IMG/VR virus record: IMGVR_UViG_2929656146_000003
Coordinates: 1 to 64,000 of that record
Length of the DNA stretch: 64,000 nt
Strand: one strand, 5' to 3'
Source of the DNA: a virus
Taxonomy: Duplodnaviria > Caudoviricetes
How positions within the stretch are numbered: position 1 is the stretch's first letter; each line of letters begins with the position of its first letter. This document shows, piece after piece, positions 53,329 to 62,298 of this stretch. The notes under the pieces are model-generated. The model did no database searches, had not been told where the DNA came from, and saw nothing but the letters and a program-made list of their open reading frames with translations. Both the position numbers and the translations under genes were made by a program.

Positions 53329-53800
53329 TGTGGATCGGGGGTCGAGGATTCCCCGGAGGCACTCGTCCTGCTATCACGTCGGATACTCACTGAACTGCAA
53401 TGAGTACGACGATCTTCGCGGGCTGGCCGCCGGTCGCTGCATGATGTGCAGCGAAGCAACCGCCCGGCTCTACATCGACCACGACCACCAACTTGGGACG
53501 TGGGCCGTTCGCGGCCTGATATGCCACACCTGCAACCAGGGCCTGAGGTACGTCGATGCGGGCACCAGGCACGCTGGCCCGGAAGTCAACGAGTACCTCG
53601 CCCGTGCCTGGCATCGCGATCAGCCAACCAGCGCCGCCAAGCAGGCCCGCTCGCGAAAGCGTGTCGCCTGCCCAACTTGCGGGCGTGATACCGCGATCAA
53701 ACGGGACGGATCTTTATTCCGGCACTGGTCACGCCTGTCGGGTCCCACGCGTTACCGCGACGCCAGCGTCGACGCCGGCCCCCGCATCATCCGCCACTGA
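53324..53800 (+). CDS. Endonuclease VII domain protein
   Basis: 'GRCMMC...LYIDHDH...VRGLICHTCNQGL'; C-terminal CPTC zinc ribbon. Confidence 0.85.
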   Translation: MNVDRGSRIPRRHSSCYHVGYSLNCNEYDDLRGLAAGRCMMCSEATARLYIDHDHQLGTWAVRGLICHTCNQGLRYVDAGTRHAGPEVNEYLARAWHRDQPTSAAKQARSRKRVACPTCGRDTAIKRDGSLFRHWSRLSGPTRYRDASVDAGPRIIRH

Positions 53801-53813
53801 AACCGAGGAACCG

Positions 53814-54026
53814 ATGACCCCCTTGCCGCCCGACCTGCTCGACCACCTCGCCGCCGTCGGCAACAGGGCCCTCAGCGACCACTACCACGACGACCTCTGC
53901 GGCTGCTCCCCGTGGCCCAACTCCTGCGTCAGCCGGTACAACGCCAGTGGCTGGGACACCAGCGCGTTCGACATCGCCCTGCCCGCCATCACCGCCGCAT
54001 ACGAGAAGGCCAAGGCGCAGCAGTAA
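53814..54026 (+). CDS. Hypothetical protein
   Basis: GAGGA RBS, MTPLPPDLL... Confidence 0.6.
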   Translation: MTPLPPDLLDHLAAVGNRALSDHYHDDLCGCSPWPNSCVSRYNASGWDTSAFDIALPAITAAYEKAKAQQ

Positions 54027-54231
54027 CCGTGGACGCCACGCACATCAGCTACCACCTCGGCGACCGAACCACCCACCCCGGAACCCGCCGCACCTGTACC
54101 GACTGCACCGTCGAAGACCAGTGGTTCCGCACCAGACAAGCCCCATGCCCCCAGTGCGGAACCCCCCTCGCCACGCGAGACCTCTACGACGGCACCATCC
54201 CCGCCCACAACTGCCAAGCCAAGGAGCAGCA

Positions 54232-54465
54232 GTGACCACGCCGAAGCGCAAGGCCAAGCCGTGGGCCGTCGTCCTCAATGCCCCCGGCGGCCCGCTCCGC
54301 ACCGAGCACACCAGCGAAGCCAAGGCCTACGAGCACGTCCGCGCCGAACTCGCCGCTGCCCGCGCCGGCGCCAGCCGCGTCACCCGCATCCGAGTCGAGC
54401 AGTGGGACCGGCCGGCCGGCCGGTGGCAGCTGTTCGACCTCATCGACCCGAAGGAGCAGCAGTGA
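54232..54465 (+). CDS. Hypothetical protein
   Basis: AAGGAG RBS, GTGA coupling. Confidence 0.6.
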   Translation: MTTPKRKAKPWAVVLNAPGGPLRTEHTSEAKAYEHVRAELAAARAGASRVTRIRVEQWDRPAGRWQLFDLIDPKEQQ

Positions 54466-54701
54466 CTCCCGACGACATCCCCACCAGCGTCACCAGCCTC
54501 GTCTACACCGATCCGTCCGGCATCGTCCTCAGCCAGAACCAGGCCGCCGCGTTCCTCGCCCACTACTGGCCCGCCATCGATCAGGACCGCGGGCCCGCTC
54601 CCTGGCGCGAGACAGCCCACCCCCGCTATGGCGAGGACGGCCAGTGGATCGACTCCCGCGACTGCACCAAGGCCGCCCGGATCGCCCGGGGACAGCAGTG
54701 A
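54462..54701 (+). CDS. Hypothetical protein
   Basis: AAGGAG RBS, GTGA coupling. Confidence 0.6.
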   Translation: MTPDDIPTSVTSLVYTDPSGIVLSQNQAAAFLAHYWPAIDQDRGPAPWRETAHPRYGEDGQWIDSRDCTKAARIARGQQ

Positions 54702-55000
54702 CCACGAACGGAGGCGCCTCCGCCTCCTATGTCTGGTGCTTTGACCACGGCCGCACCCACAACTTCTCCCACGGCGCCTGGTGCACCGCATGGTGGACCC
54801 CGCTCACCGGGAACACCGAAGCCGAAGCGCTGACCGACAAGACCAACCGGTTCGGCGACGCAGTGTTCTACAACGACCTGCCGACCGACCAGCAGATCGC
54901 ACTCGCCAACGCATGGCAGGACGGTGCCGACCACTCCGACTGCATCCAGCCCCACCGCACCGTCGACGGCTACACCGACTGCGACGGCCAACCCCTCTGA
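54698..55000 (+). CDS. Hypothetical Cys/His protein
   Basis: GTGA coupling; 'WCFDHGRTH', 'HRTVDGYTDCDGQPL'. Confidence 0.6.
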   Translation: MTTNGGASASYVWCFDHGRTHNFSHGAWCTAWWTPLTGNTEAEALTDKTNRFGDAVFYNDLPTDQQIALANAWQDGADHSDCIQPHRTVDGYTDCDGQPL

Positions 55001-55015
55001 CTCTGAGGAGTAGCA

Positions 55016-55534
55016 GTGATCCGCAAGGTCTACCTCGACACCGAGTTCATCCCCTCCGACCCCACCACCAGCGGCCTCATCAGCATCGGCCTCACCGACA
55101 ACCAAGGCCGCGACTACTACGCTGTCAACGGCGACATCAACCCGCCCGACGTTGCCTTCCACCCTTGGCTCGGCAAGCATGTCTGGCCCTACCTCCCGAA
55201 GAACAACGCCGGGTTCCTCGATCACTTCCACCCCGACGTCAAGCCGCTCGCGCAGATCCGCAAGGACATCGCCCGCTACTTCGCCGATCACCAGCCAGCC
55301 CATCTCTACGCCTGGTACGGCGGCCAGGACATCTGCCGCCTCCACTCCCTCTGGGACAACGACTGGTCCCGCATGCCCGAAGACATCCCGCAGTGGTTCC
55401 ACGAACTGCAGTCCCTTGCCTGGCAATCCGGCAACCCGCAACTACCGCAGCAAGACGGCGGCGAGCACCACGCCCTCGCCGACGCCAAGTACAACCGGCA
55501 GCTCCACGAGTTCCTGAGCGGAGTGAAGCGATGA
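55016..55534 (+). CDS. DEDDh 3'-5' exonuclease (Rv2179c/DUF5051-like)
   Basis: 'YLDTEF', 'LISIGL', 'HHALADAKY'. Confidence 0.85.
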   Translation: MIRKVYLDTEFIPSDPTTSGLISIGLTDNQGRDYYAVNGDINPPDVAFHPWLGKHVWPYLPKNNAGFLDHFHPDVKPLAQIRKDIARYFADHQPAHLYAWYGGQDICRLHSLWDNDWSRMPEDIPQWFHELQSLAWQSGNPQLPQQDGGEHHALADAKYNRQLHEFLSGVKR

Positions 55535-55782
55535 GAGTGCCCCGTTTCGGGTTCACCGTCGAGTACATCAAGGAACTCTGGCTCGACGACGACAACAAGC
55601 CCGGCTGGAAGGTCCACCTCCCCCACCAGTGTGACAACTGGCGCATCGACGCTGACACCGCCTACGCCGACCCCAGCAGCCAACAGGCCGCGCTGTACAG
55701 CCTCGACAAGTTCATCGCCGAGGCGCAGCAGGCCCGTGCCGCGCTGGCCCGGGGCGAGCAGTACCCGCCAGCCGAGGGGTAG
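55531..55782 (+). CDS. Hypothetical protein
   Basis: ATGA coupling; 'WKVHLPHQCDNW'. Confidence 0.6.
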   Translation: MRVPRFGFTVEYIKELWLDDDNKPGWKVHLPHQCDNWRIDADTAYADPSSQQAALYSLDKFIAEAQQARAALARGEQYPPAEG

Positions 55783-55808
55783 AGGTGAAGGCACCCCGGA
55801 GACCACGA

Positions 55809-55839
55809 AGGCCCCGCCACGATCGCAGTGGCGGGGCCT
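55809..55839. terminator. Terminator hairpin
   Basis: AGGCCCCGCCAC-N7-GTGGCGGGGCCT between convergent genes. Confidence 0.75.
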
Positions 55840-55848
55840 CTTCGTCTC

Positions 55849-56142
55849 CTATGGCTCGCGTTGCCCGGGTATCTGGACCCAGCCACGTGCCGCAGCGCCG
55901 TCGCGCAGCCAGGCGACGGCGAAGTCGAGGAAGAGATCCTGCGGACGCTGGTCCTCGGGCAGGCCCAGGATCGCGACGAGCCGGCCAGCAGGAGTGTTGC
56001 CGGTATCGCACCGGAGGCACAGGAACAGCTCGATGCCGTCGCCGAGGGGAAGGTGGGCGGTGAGAGCGGCCGGTTCGCCGCAGCGGGGGCAGGGCGGCAT
56101 GTCGCCGGTGCGGTTCACTTGGAAGTCGGCCATGTCGGTCAA
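55849..56142 (-). CDS. Small zinc-ribbon protein (DUF6300-like)
   Basis: 'CPRCG...LCLRCD'; GGAGGAGG upstream. Confidence 0.6.
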   Translation of the reverse strand: MTDMADFQVNRTGDMPPCPRCGEPAALTAHLPLGDGIELFLCLRCDTGNTPAGRLVAILGLPEDQRPQDLFLDFAVAWLRDGAAARGWVQIPGQREP

Positions 56143-56233
56143 TGCGGGCTCCTCCCTGAGGGGTGGCCAGGATGATCCCGGTGATCATGCGGAGTCAATA
56201 CCTTGATCCGCAACAGGCCGCTACCGTTCACCA

Positions 56234-57646
56234 ATGGCCGTCACCACCCTCCCCGCCCAGGCCCGCCCCGCACGAAGACCAGACCGCCGTCACACCCCGC
56301 ACCTGGCCCTCGCCGCAGGCCTGTTCGCCGCCTACACCCTCACCTCGGTCCTCCGATACCAGCGCTACGCATCGCCCAGCTGGGACCTCGCCATCTTCAC
56401 CCAAGCCGTCAAGGCCTACGCAGCGTTCGGCCCGCCGATCGCCCCGATCAAAGGCGACGGCTTCAACCTCCTCGGCGACCACTTCTCACCCGTCACCGCG
56501 ACGCTCGCCCCGGCCTGGTGGATCGCCCCCAGTGCGATCACCCTCCTCGTCGCCCAGGCCGCACTCATGGCCTGGTCCGCCGGCATCGTCTCCGCGACCG
56601 CCGAACACCTCCTCGGCCGGGCCCGCGGCCTATGCACCGGCGCCGCATACGGCCTCAGCTTCGGGATCCTGCGAGCCGTCGACTTCGAGTTCCACGAGAT
56701 AGCGTTCGCCGTCCCCCTCCTCGCCATGACCGGCCGCCAGCTGATCCTGCGCCGCTGGACCCGCGCCGCCTGGTGGGCACTGCCGCTACTCCTCGTCAAA
56801 GAAGACCTCGGCCTGACCGTCGCCGCGATCGGCCTGTACATCGCCCTCGCCAGCCGACACCGTGTCCTGGGCGCAACACTGGCCGTCCTCGGCCTGGCAG
56901 CGATGACGGCATGCGTCTGGTGGCTCATCCCGCACTACAACCCCGACCACGCCTACCCGTACTGGGACCGAATCCCCGCCGGCCCCTGGTGGCACACCCC
57001 CGCCGACGCCGCCACCCGCCTACAGACCTGGAAGACCCTGGGCTGGACGCTCGGCATCACCGGCCTCCTCGCAGCCAGATCCCCACTCGCCCTCGTGGCC
57101 GCCCCCGGCCTGCTGCTGCGCCTCGCCTCCAGCAACGAAGGCATCCACGGCACCGGCGCGCACTACTCCGCCACCGCCATGCCGATCATGTTCCTCGCCG
57201 CTGCGGACGCCGCCACCAGGCTCCGCCGCTCACCGAAGATTCCGCTGCGCCAAATCGCAGACCGCGCCATCACCACACTCCCCGCCATCTCCCTCGCCCT
57301 GATGTGCGCCTTCGGATACGGCATCGCCGACCTCACCAGAGTCCAAGCCTGGACCGGCACCGAAGTAGGCGCTGCCCGGGCCGCGGCCGCCCGCATGATC
57401 CCCGACGGAGCCAGAGTCGAGGCTGGAATCGCCGTGTCCCCCCACCTTGCCGGCCGGGCGACCGTGTACTGGACCGGCGACCCGCACCGGCCCGTCGGCT
57501 GGATCGTCATCGACCGCCCGGAGTGGCCGGAGGCCCCCGCCGATCTGGTCGGCTATGCCGCGGCGGAGAACGGGGGAGCCCGGTACCAGGTGGTGTCCGA
57601 GCGGGCAGGGATTGTGGTGCTGCGTCTGACCATCACAAACACATAG
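56234..57646 (+). CDS. DUF2079 multi-pass membrane protein (predicted GT-C-type glycosyltransferase)
   Basis: 'SWDLAIFTQ', 'LGDHFSP', 'FEFHEIAFAVP', 'LLVKEDLG', 'HYSA'; many TM segments. Confidence 0.82.
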   Translation: MAVTTLPAQARPARRPDRRHTPHLALAAGLFAAYTLTSVLRYQRYASPSWDLAIFTQAVKAYAAFGPPIAPIKGDGFNLLGDHFSPVTATLAPAWWIAPSAITLLVAQAALMAWSAGIVSATAEHLLGRARGLCTGAAYGLSFGILRAVDFEFHEIAFAVPLLAMTGRQLILRRWTRAAWWALPLLLVKEDLGLTVAAIGLYIALASRHRVLGATLAVLGLAAMTACVWWLIPHYNPDHAYPYWDRIPAGPWWHTPADAATRLQTWKTLGWTLGITGLLAARSPLALVAAPGLLLRLASSNEGIHGTGAHYSATAMPIMFLAAADAATRLRRSPKIPLRQIADRAITTLPAISLALMCAFGYGIADLTRVQAWTGTEVGAARAAAARMIPDGARVEAGIAVSPHLAGRATVYWTGDPHRPVGWIVIDRPEWPEAPADLVGYAAAENGGARYQVVSERAGIVVLRLTITNT

Positions 57647-57659
57647 AACGCACGTTCGA
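57644..57659. promoter_or_regulatory. Actinobacterial LexA (SOS) box
   Basis: TAGAAC-GCAC-GTTCGA, one mismatch to TCGAAC-N4-GTTCGA; TATCGT -10-like hexamer follows. Confidence 0.75.
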
Positions 57660-57671
57660 TATCGTGGGTGT

Positions 57672-58010
57672 GTGAGCACAGCCCTCCACCCCACATGGTG
57701 CGACCCCGCACACTGCGACGTCCCCGACCGCCAGCCGCTCGGAGCCCGCGGCGGCGCCCACCGCTCCAAGCTGGTCGCGCTCAACCTGGAAGCCGAAGCC
57801 CGCGGCGAAACTGGCCACGTCTACGCCGGCCTCGCCCAATCCGCCCGACCCCGCGCCGGCGTGTTCCTCAAATGGATCATCAACGGCGAAGTCGTCGGCC
57901 ACCTCCCCCTCGCCGACGCCGAACCCCTCGCCTGGCTCATCGCCGACGGACTCGCCAACCTCCGCGGCGACGACCAGCCCATCGAACACGCAAAAGCGCC
58001 CGACCAGTAG
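57672..58010 (+). CDS. Putative SOS-inducible small protein with HPxWC...HC...H motif
   Basis: GTG start 12 bp after the LexA box, no RBS (probably leaderless). Confidence 0.65.
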   Translation: MSTALHPTWCDPAHCDVPDRQPLGARGGAHRSKLVALNLEAEARGETGHVYAGLAQSARPRAGVFLKWIINGEVVGHLPLADAEPLAWLIADGLANLRGDDQPIEHAKAPDQ

Positions 58011-58034
58011 GCCGGGCGCAACGGGCGAGAGTGG

Positions 58035-58232
58035 CTACTTGGGCGTCGGCACCTCGAACGCGTGGCAGGGGCTGGAGAACCGCATCACCTGGCCGTCCGA
58101 GAAGTCCAGCTGGAACATGTTGGTCCGGCCGCACGTCGGGCACTTGCTCCTCCCGCCGAGGGGCTTGCCGTCGGCGTCGAAGAAGTTGCGGAGGTGTGCG
58201 GCACTGACCGGGACGTACTCGGGGTTGCTCAT
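58035..58232 (-). CDS. Small zinc-ribbon protein
   Basis: AAAGGA RBS; CPTC. Confidence 0.6.
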   Translation of the reverse strand: MSNPEYVPVSAAHLRNFFDADGKPLGGRSKCPTCGRTNMFQLDFSDGQVMRFSSPCHAFEVPTPK

Positions 58233-58424
58233 GAGTCCTTTCTAGTGGTCCCTAAAATGCCCGGCCAGAGCCCGAAAGGGTCACCCGAAATGGCTCGGCA
58301 GGTTGGAACTATCCACGCCGTTACGCGAGAGCGTCAGGCCGTCACGGTGGGATGCGGTAAGTCATGGCCGGCTCGGGCGGCGCGGTGATTGGACTGCGTG
58401 GGTGCCCCGTTGCCGTGCCTGGGG

Positions 58425-58703
58425 TCAGTGGCGGTGGGTGGGCGGGCCGTACGGGAACTGCTGCCAGGCCGGTCGAGGCTCGCAGCAGAAGTCGCCGTCG
58501 TAGTTGGCCGTCCGCTCGCGGTACCGGCGGAGCGTGACGAGGGCGTCCTCGCCGTCGGCCCAGGACAGTTCGCCGCGCGGGTTGCGGGCGACGAGCCAGT
58601 CGGGGCCGAGCGCCTCGACGGTGCAGCAGGTGTAGTGGTCGCGGCCGAAAACCCCGCCACAGAATCCGTGAAGAATGTCGCCGACGGCGATGGGCTGGTT
58701 CAT
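58425..58703 (-). CDS. Hypothetical phage protein
   Basis: GAGGAG RBS; 'VGDILHGFCGGVFGRDHY'. Confidence 0.7.
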   Translation of the reverse strand: MNQPIAVGDILHGFCGGVFGRDHYTCCTVEALGPDWLVARNPRGELSWADGEDALVTLRRYRERTANYDGDFCCEPRPAWQQFPYGPPTHRH

Positions 58704-58860
58704 GAGGCTCCTCAGGGTTGGTAGTCGGCGAGGTCGCGGATGACGGTGATGGTCGGCGGGGTGATGGGCGGGGTCGGGGCGTCGGCGCTGTCGGCGAGGA
58801 TGCGGTCAGTGATGGCCTGGTCCGTGTACCGCTCGTCCTGGTGGCGGTCGTCCGCGCAGC

Positions 58861-59562
58861 TCACGGCCGGACCTTGCTGGCCAGCCGGTGGCAGGAACAC
58901 GTGTCGGGGCAGGTGCCGTCCGGGAGGCGCTCGTCCAGGCCCGCGTACCCGGCACTGCCTGCCGTGCTGGTGGTGGCCCCGTCGAGGGCGGTGTGGGTGA
59001 GGCGGCGGCCACCTCGGACGGTCTCGGTGTTGATCGGCATGCCGCAGTCGCACCCGTCGAGCGGACGGCAGACGCAGGGCTGCCCGCCGTCGAGGATCGT
59101 GGTGATGCGGCCGCAGACGTCGCGGGTAGCGTCGTCGTCCTCGTCGTGCTGGCCGTACACGGAGGCGACCAGCCGCTCGCACTCGGCCCGGGCGGCGTCG
59201 ATGCGGGACTCGGCACGCTCGGCACGCTGGTAGTGGATGTCGACCATGCCGCGGGTCAGCCGCACGAACTCCGCGTACTGGGCGCTGAGGATGTCGACGG
59301 TGGTCTCGGCGTCGGCGGCCCGGGCCTGCTGGCGGCGGGCCTCCAGGATGGTGGACTGCCAGGCGCGGCGGGTGTAGGCGGCGCGGCGGCGGGCGGACTG
59401 CCAGGCGGCCCGGTAGCGGTCGGCGCGGCGGCCCGGCCGGCGCCACGCGGCGAGCTCGTCCTCGGCGGCCCGCAGGTCGGTCGCGGCCTTGGCGGCCCGG
59501 GCGAGTGCGTCGTCGCGTTGGCGCGTGAGTTGCTGCTGGTAGGTCTCCTGCTCGGGGATCAT
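58861..59562 (-). CDS. Coiled-coil hypothetical protein
   Basis: AGGAG RBS; 'RYRAAWQSARRRA'. Confidence 0.65.
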   Translation of the reverse strand: MIPEQETYQQQLTRQRDDALARAAKAATDLRAAEDELAAWRRPGRRADRYRAAWQSARRRAAYTRRAWQSTILEARRQQARAADAETTVDILSAQYAEFVRLTRGMVDIHYQRAERAESRIDAARAECERLVASVYGQHDEDDDATRDVCGRITTILDGGQPCVCRPLDGCDCGMPINTETVRGGRRLTHTALDGATTSTAGSAGYAGLDERLPDGTCPDTCSCHRLASKVRP

Positions 59563-59840
59563 GCGGCGCTCCTGGGGGTGAGCGGGTGGACGAGGCGGAC
59601 CTCGCGGGGGTGGAGCTGGCGCGTGATGATCGCGAGGCCGATTGAGTGGGCGTTGTCGCGGGCGCCGAGCTTGCGGTGGGTGGTGGTTCGGATGTTGGTG
59701 ACGGTGCCTCTGGAGATGCCGAGGGTGTGGGCGATGTAGGCGGTGGTGTGGCCGTTGGCGGTGAGGCGGAGGACCTGAAGTTCGCGCTCGTTCAGAAGTT
59801 CGCCGGGCTCGGCGTTCGGGGTGCTGGGCGGTCGGGTCAC
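59559..59840 (-). CDS. Stand-alone LuxR-type HTH regulator
   Basis: 'LNERELQVLRLTANGHTTAYIAHTLGISRGTV...RKLGARDNAH'. Confidence 0.88.
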   Translation of the reverse strand: MTRPPSTPNAEPGELLNERELQVLRLTANGHTTAYIAHTLGISRGTVTNIRTTTHRKLGARDNAHSIGLAIITRQLHPREVRLVHPLTPRSAA

Positions 59841-60121
59841 GGCTGCGGCTCCTCGGCGATGGGCTGGCATCGGTGGCAGCCGTTGTGCATAACGCAGGCC
59901 ATCGACGTGTTGCAGCCCTGCATCGGGTGGATGCGGCGCATCGAGTGGCGGGCGAGCATGCCCTCCAGCTCGTCGGCGGTGCGGCGGTCGAGGACGATCT
60001 CGTCGCGGTCCGGGCCGAGGCTGAACGTACGGAGGGCGCCGAGCTGCAGGCTGATGGCGACGCGTCCGTCGGGCAAGTCGGTGACGGTGATGAAGGTCGG
60101 CTCGGACGGCGGGCGCTTCAC
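59837..60121 (-). CDS. Hypothetical protein
   Basis: Coupled ORF ending EEPQP. Confidence 0.6.
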   Translation of the reverse strand: MKRPPSEPTFITVTDLPDGRVAISLQLGALRTFSLGPDRDEIVLDRRTADELEGMLARHSMRRIHPMQGCNTSMACVMHNGCHRCQPIAEEPQP

Positions 60122-60372
60122 GGCTGCGGCTCCTCGGGGGCGGCGAGTGCGCGGAGCAGGTCAGACAAGCGGAGCGCGTCGTCGATGGTCAGGTGGAGGA
60201 GCCCGGTGAGGCCGCGTCGGTTGTCGAGGGCGAGGCCTATGCAGCCAGCGCGCTGGTGGCCACTCCAGGTGCCGCAGGTCCGGCGGCCGTCGATGACGAC
60301 AGGGGTGTTCTCTCCGCCCCAGCGGCGGACTCCAACGAGCCAGAGGTCGGGCAGGGCCTGGATGTCGTTCAT
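60118..60372 (-). CDS. Hypothetical protein
   Basis: Coupled ORF ending EEPQP. Confidence 0.6.
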   Translation of the reverse strand: MNDIQALPDLWLVGVRRWGGENTPVVIDGRRTCGTWSGHQRAGCIGLALDNRRGLTGLLHLTIDDALRLSDLLRALAAPEEPQP

Positions 60373-60484
60373 GTGGTGCCTCCGGGGCGGGGGGTGCGGC
60401 GGGTGCCGTGGCAGCAGGCGATGAGGGTGAGGGCGGAACCGGCGCCGAGGATGGCGCCGGCCACGAGCAGCAGGTGCGCGGTCG

Positions 60485-60880
60485 TCACTCGGCGGCCCTG
60501 ATCTGGGCGATCCGGTCGAGCGCGGCCTGCACAGTGAGGCCGTTTACCGTGACGTGCCGGGCCGCCTCCTGTGCGAGCTTCAGCGCGGTGTCGAGGTCGT
60601 GCCGGTGATTGGCCGTCCACTCGTCGCGGGCGGCGTGGTAGGCGTCCCACTCGGTGTCGTTCTCGGGTTCGCGGCTGCCGGGCTTGCCGGGCGGCCACTC
60701 GGGGCCCCAGGACCACTGGCCATCGGCGCCGAGCGACTGGTGGTGCCGGGTGACGGCCCACAGGTCGCGACCGCGGTACTCAACGGCGATCTCGAAGACG
60801 TGGGCGTCGGGGCTGGAGTCCTCGGGCATGCAGTTGACGGTGTAACGGGTGGCCTGCACCCGCGGCTCCAGGACGGTCAC
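60485..60880 (-). CDS. Hypothetical phage protein
   Basis: 'ATRYTVNC.PE...IAVEYRG..LWAV'; GTGA coupling. Confidence 0.7.
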   Translation of the reverse strand: MTVLEPRVQATRYTVNCMPEDSSPDAHVFEIAVEYRGRDLWAVTRHHQSLGADGQWSWGPEWPPGKPGSREPENDTEWDAYHAARDEWTANHRHDLDTALKLAQEAARHVTVNGLTVQAALDRIAQIRAAE

Positions 60881-61275
60881 TGCTGGCCGCCGTCCTGGCC
60901 GAGCACCGCACGGGCGAGGTCGATGGGCTCCCACAGCGCGGCCAGGTGTTGGACCATGCTGGTCAACCACTTGCGGATGGCCGGCTCGTCAGCCTCGGTG
61001 ACGCGGATGCTGTAGGACATGCAGCAGCTCTTGCGCGGCATGATGAAGAACAGCTCCAACTTCTCGCGGCCGTCCCATTCGTGGTGGCCGGGCTTGCGCC
61101 AGTCCCAGCGGTAGAGGTGGTTGAGGTCGGCATCGAGGTGGGGGGCGATCTCGGTGGCGAACTCGCTCCAGTCCTCGCACTCGTTGGTGTAGCCCTCTGC
61201 TCCGTAGTACGGGTGGTCGATCTCCCACAGGTGCTGGGCTGCGTTGGCGAGCAGGTCGGCGGGCTGGTCGGGCAC
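60877..61275 (-). CDS. Hypothetical phage protein
   Basis: 'HLWEIDHPYY...DLNHLYRWDW...LWEP'; GAGGAG RBS. Confidence 0.72.
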   Translation of the reverse strand: MPDQPADLLANAAQHLWEIDHPYYGAEGYTNECEDWSEFATEIAPHLDADLNHLYRWDWRKPGHHEWDGREKLELFFIMPRKSCCMSYSIRVTEADEPAIRKWLTSMVQHLAALWEPIDLARAVLGQDGGQQ

Positions 61276-61333
61276 GGGCGCTCCTCGGGTGGGTGGGGCC
61301 GCCGCCCGGGGTGGGCGGCGGCGGGACGGGATG

Positions 61334-62290
61334 TCAGGCAGCGGCGAGCGCAGGCTGGCGGGCGGTGATGCCGGTGGCTTCGGCGATCAGCACCGTGGCG
61401 AGGGGCGGGGGGACGGCGTTGCCGATGGCGAGGTACTGCTGTCCGGCGGTGCCGTGCCACTGGAGGCCGGGGCGGAAGCCCTGCAGCGCGGCACAGTCGG
61501 CAACCGTGGGCCGCCAGCCGCGGGGGCCGGGGACGCACAGGGCCGGGTCGCGGTCGGCGGTGTTGCGCATCGCCCGTCGGCTGCCGTTGCCGAACGGCTC
61601 GGCCCCGCCGGTGGAGGTGCCGCCGCCGGTGACGGTGGGGGACGGGCGCCGGGTGTATCCCCAGCCGACGGTGTCGCGCATGGCGGTGAGCGGCAGCTGT
61701 CCGGGCCCGCCGTGCGTCGTGGCGGGAAGGGCCACGGGCCGGGCCTGGGAGGCGATGAGGACGGCGCGCTTGCGGTGCTGGCCGAGCCCGTACGAGGCGG
61801 CGTCCACGATGCCGGTGGCGGTCCGGTAGCCCCAGTCCTGCAGCAGGTCGGCGTACAGCTCCCACAGGGGCAGGACGGCGGGTACCTGTTCCATGAGGAT
61901 CCACTCCGGGCGGAGGTCGTGGTACCAGCGCATGGGTTCGGCGGTGAGGGCGGAGCGTTCGTCGCGGCAGGCGGCGCGCAGGGCCTGGCGGGTGTCGTGG
62001 CCGCGGGCGTAGTCGCGGATCGCTCCGGCTACGTACGGGGCGTCGTGGGTGCCGGCGCCGTTACCGGACTTGGAGAAGCTGGGGCAGGGCGGCGACATGA
62101 TCACCCCGGTGGTGCCGCGGTGGTCGGCGGTGTCGAGGGTGGTGATGTCGGCGTGGATGGTGGCGTGTCCGGCTGCGGTGCGGGTGGTGCAGGCGGAGGC
62201 CGAGTAGTCGATGCCGGTCTCGGTGAGGCCGAGCACCTGGGCGCCTTCGGCCCAGCCGATGCCGGCGAAGCCTCCGAGGATGGTGGTCAC
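61334..62290 (-). CDS. DNA (cytosine-5) methyltransferase
   Basis: Motif I 'FAGIGW', IV 'SPPCPSFS', VI 'MEQV', VIII 'QHRKR', X 'IGNAVPP'. Confidence 0.92.
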   Translation of the reverse strand: MTTILGGFAGIGWAEGAQVLGLTETGIDYSASACTTRTAAGHATIHADITTLDTADHRGTTGVIMSPPCPSFSKSGNGAGTHDAPYVAGAIRDYARGHDTRQALRAACRDERSALTAEPMRWYHDLRPEWILMEQVPAVLPLWELYADLLQDWGYRTATGIVDAASYGLGQHRKRAVLIASQARPVALPATTHGGPGQLPLTAMRDTVGWGYTRRPSPTVTGGGTSTGGAEPFGNGSRRAMRNTADRDPALCVPGPRGWRPTVADCAALQGFRPGLQWHGTAGQQYLAIGNAVPPPLATVLIAEATGITARQPALAAA

Positions 62291-62298
62291 GGTGGTCC

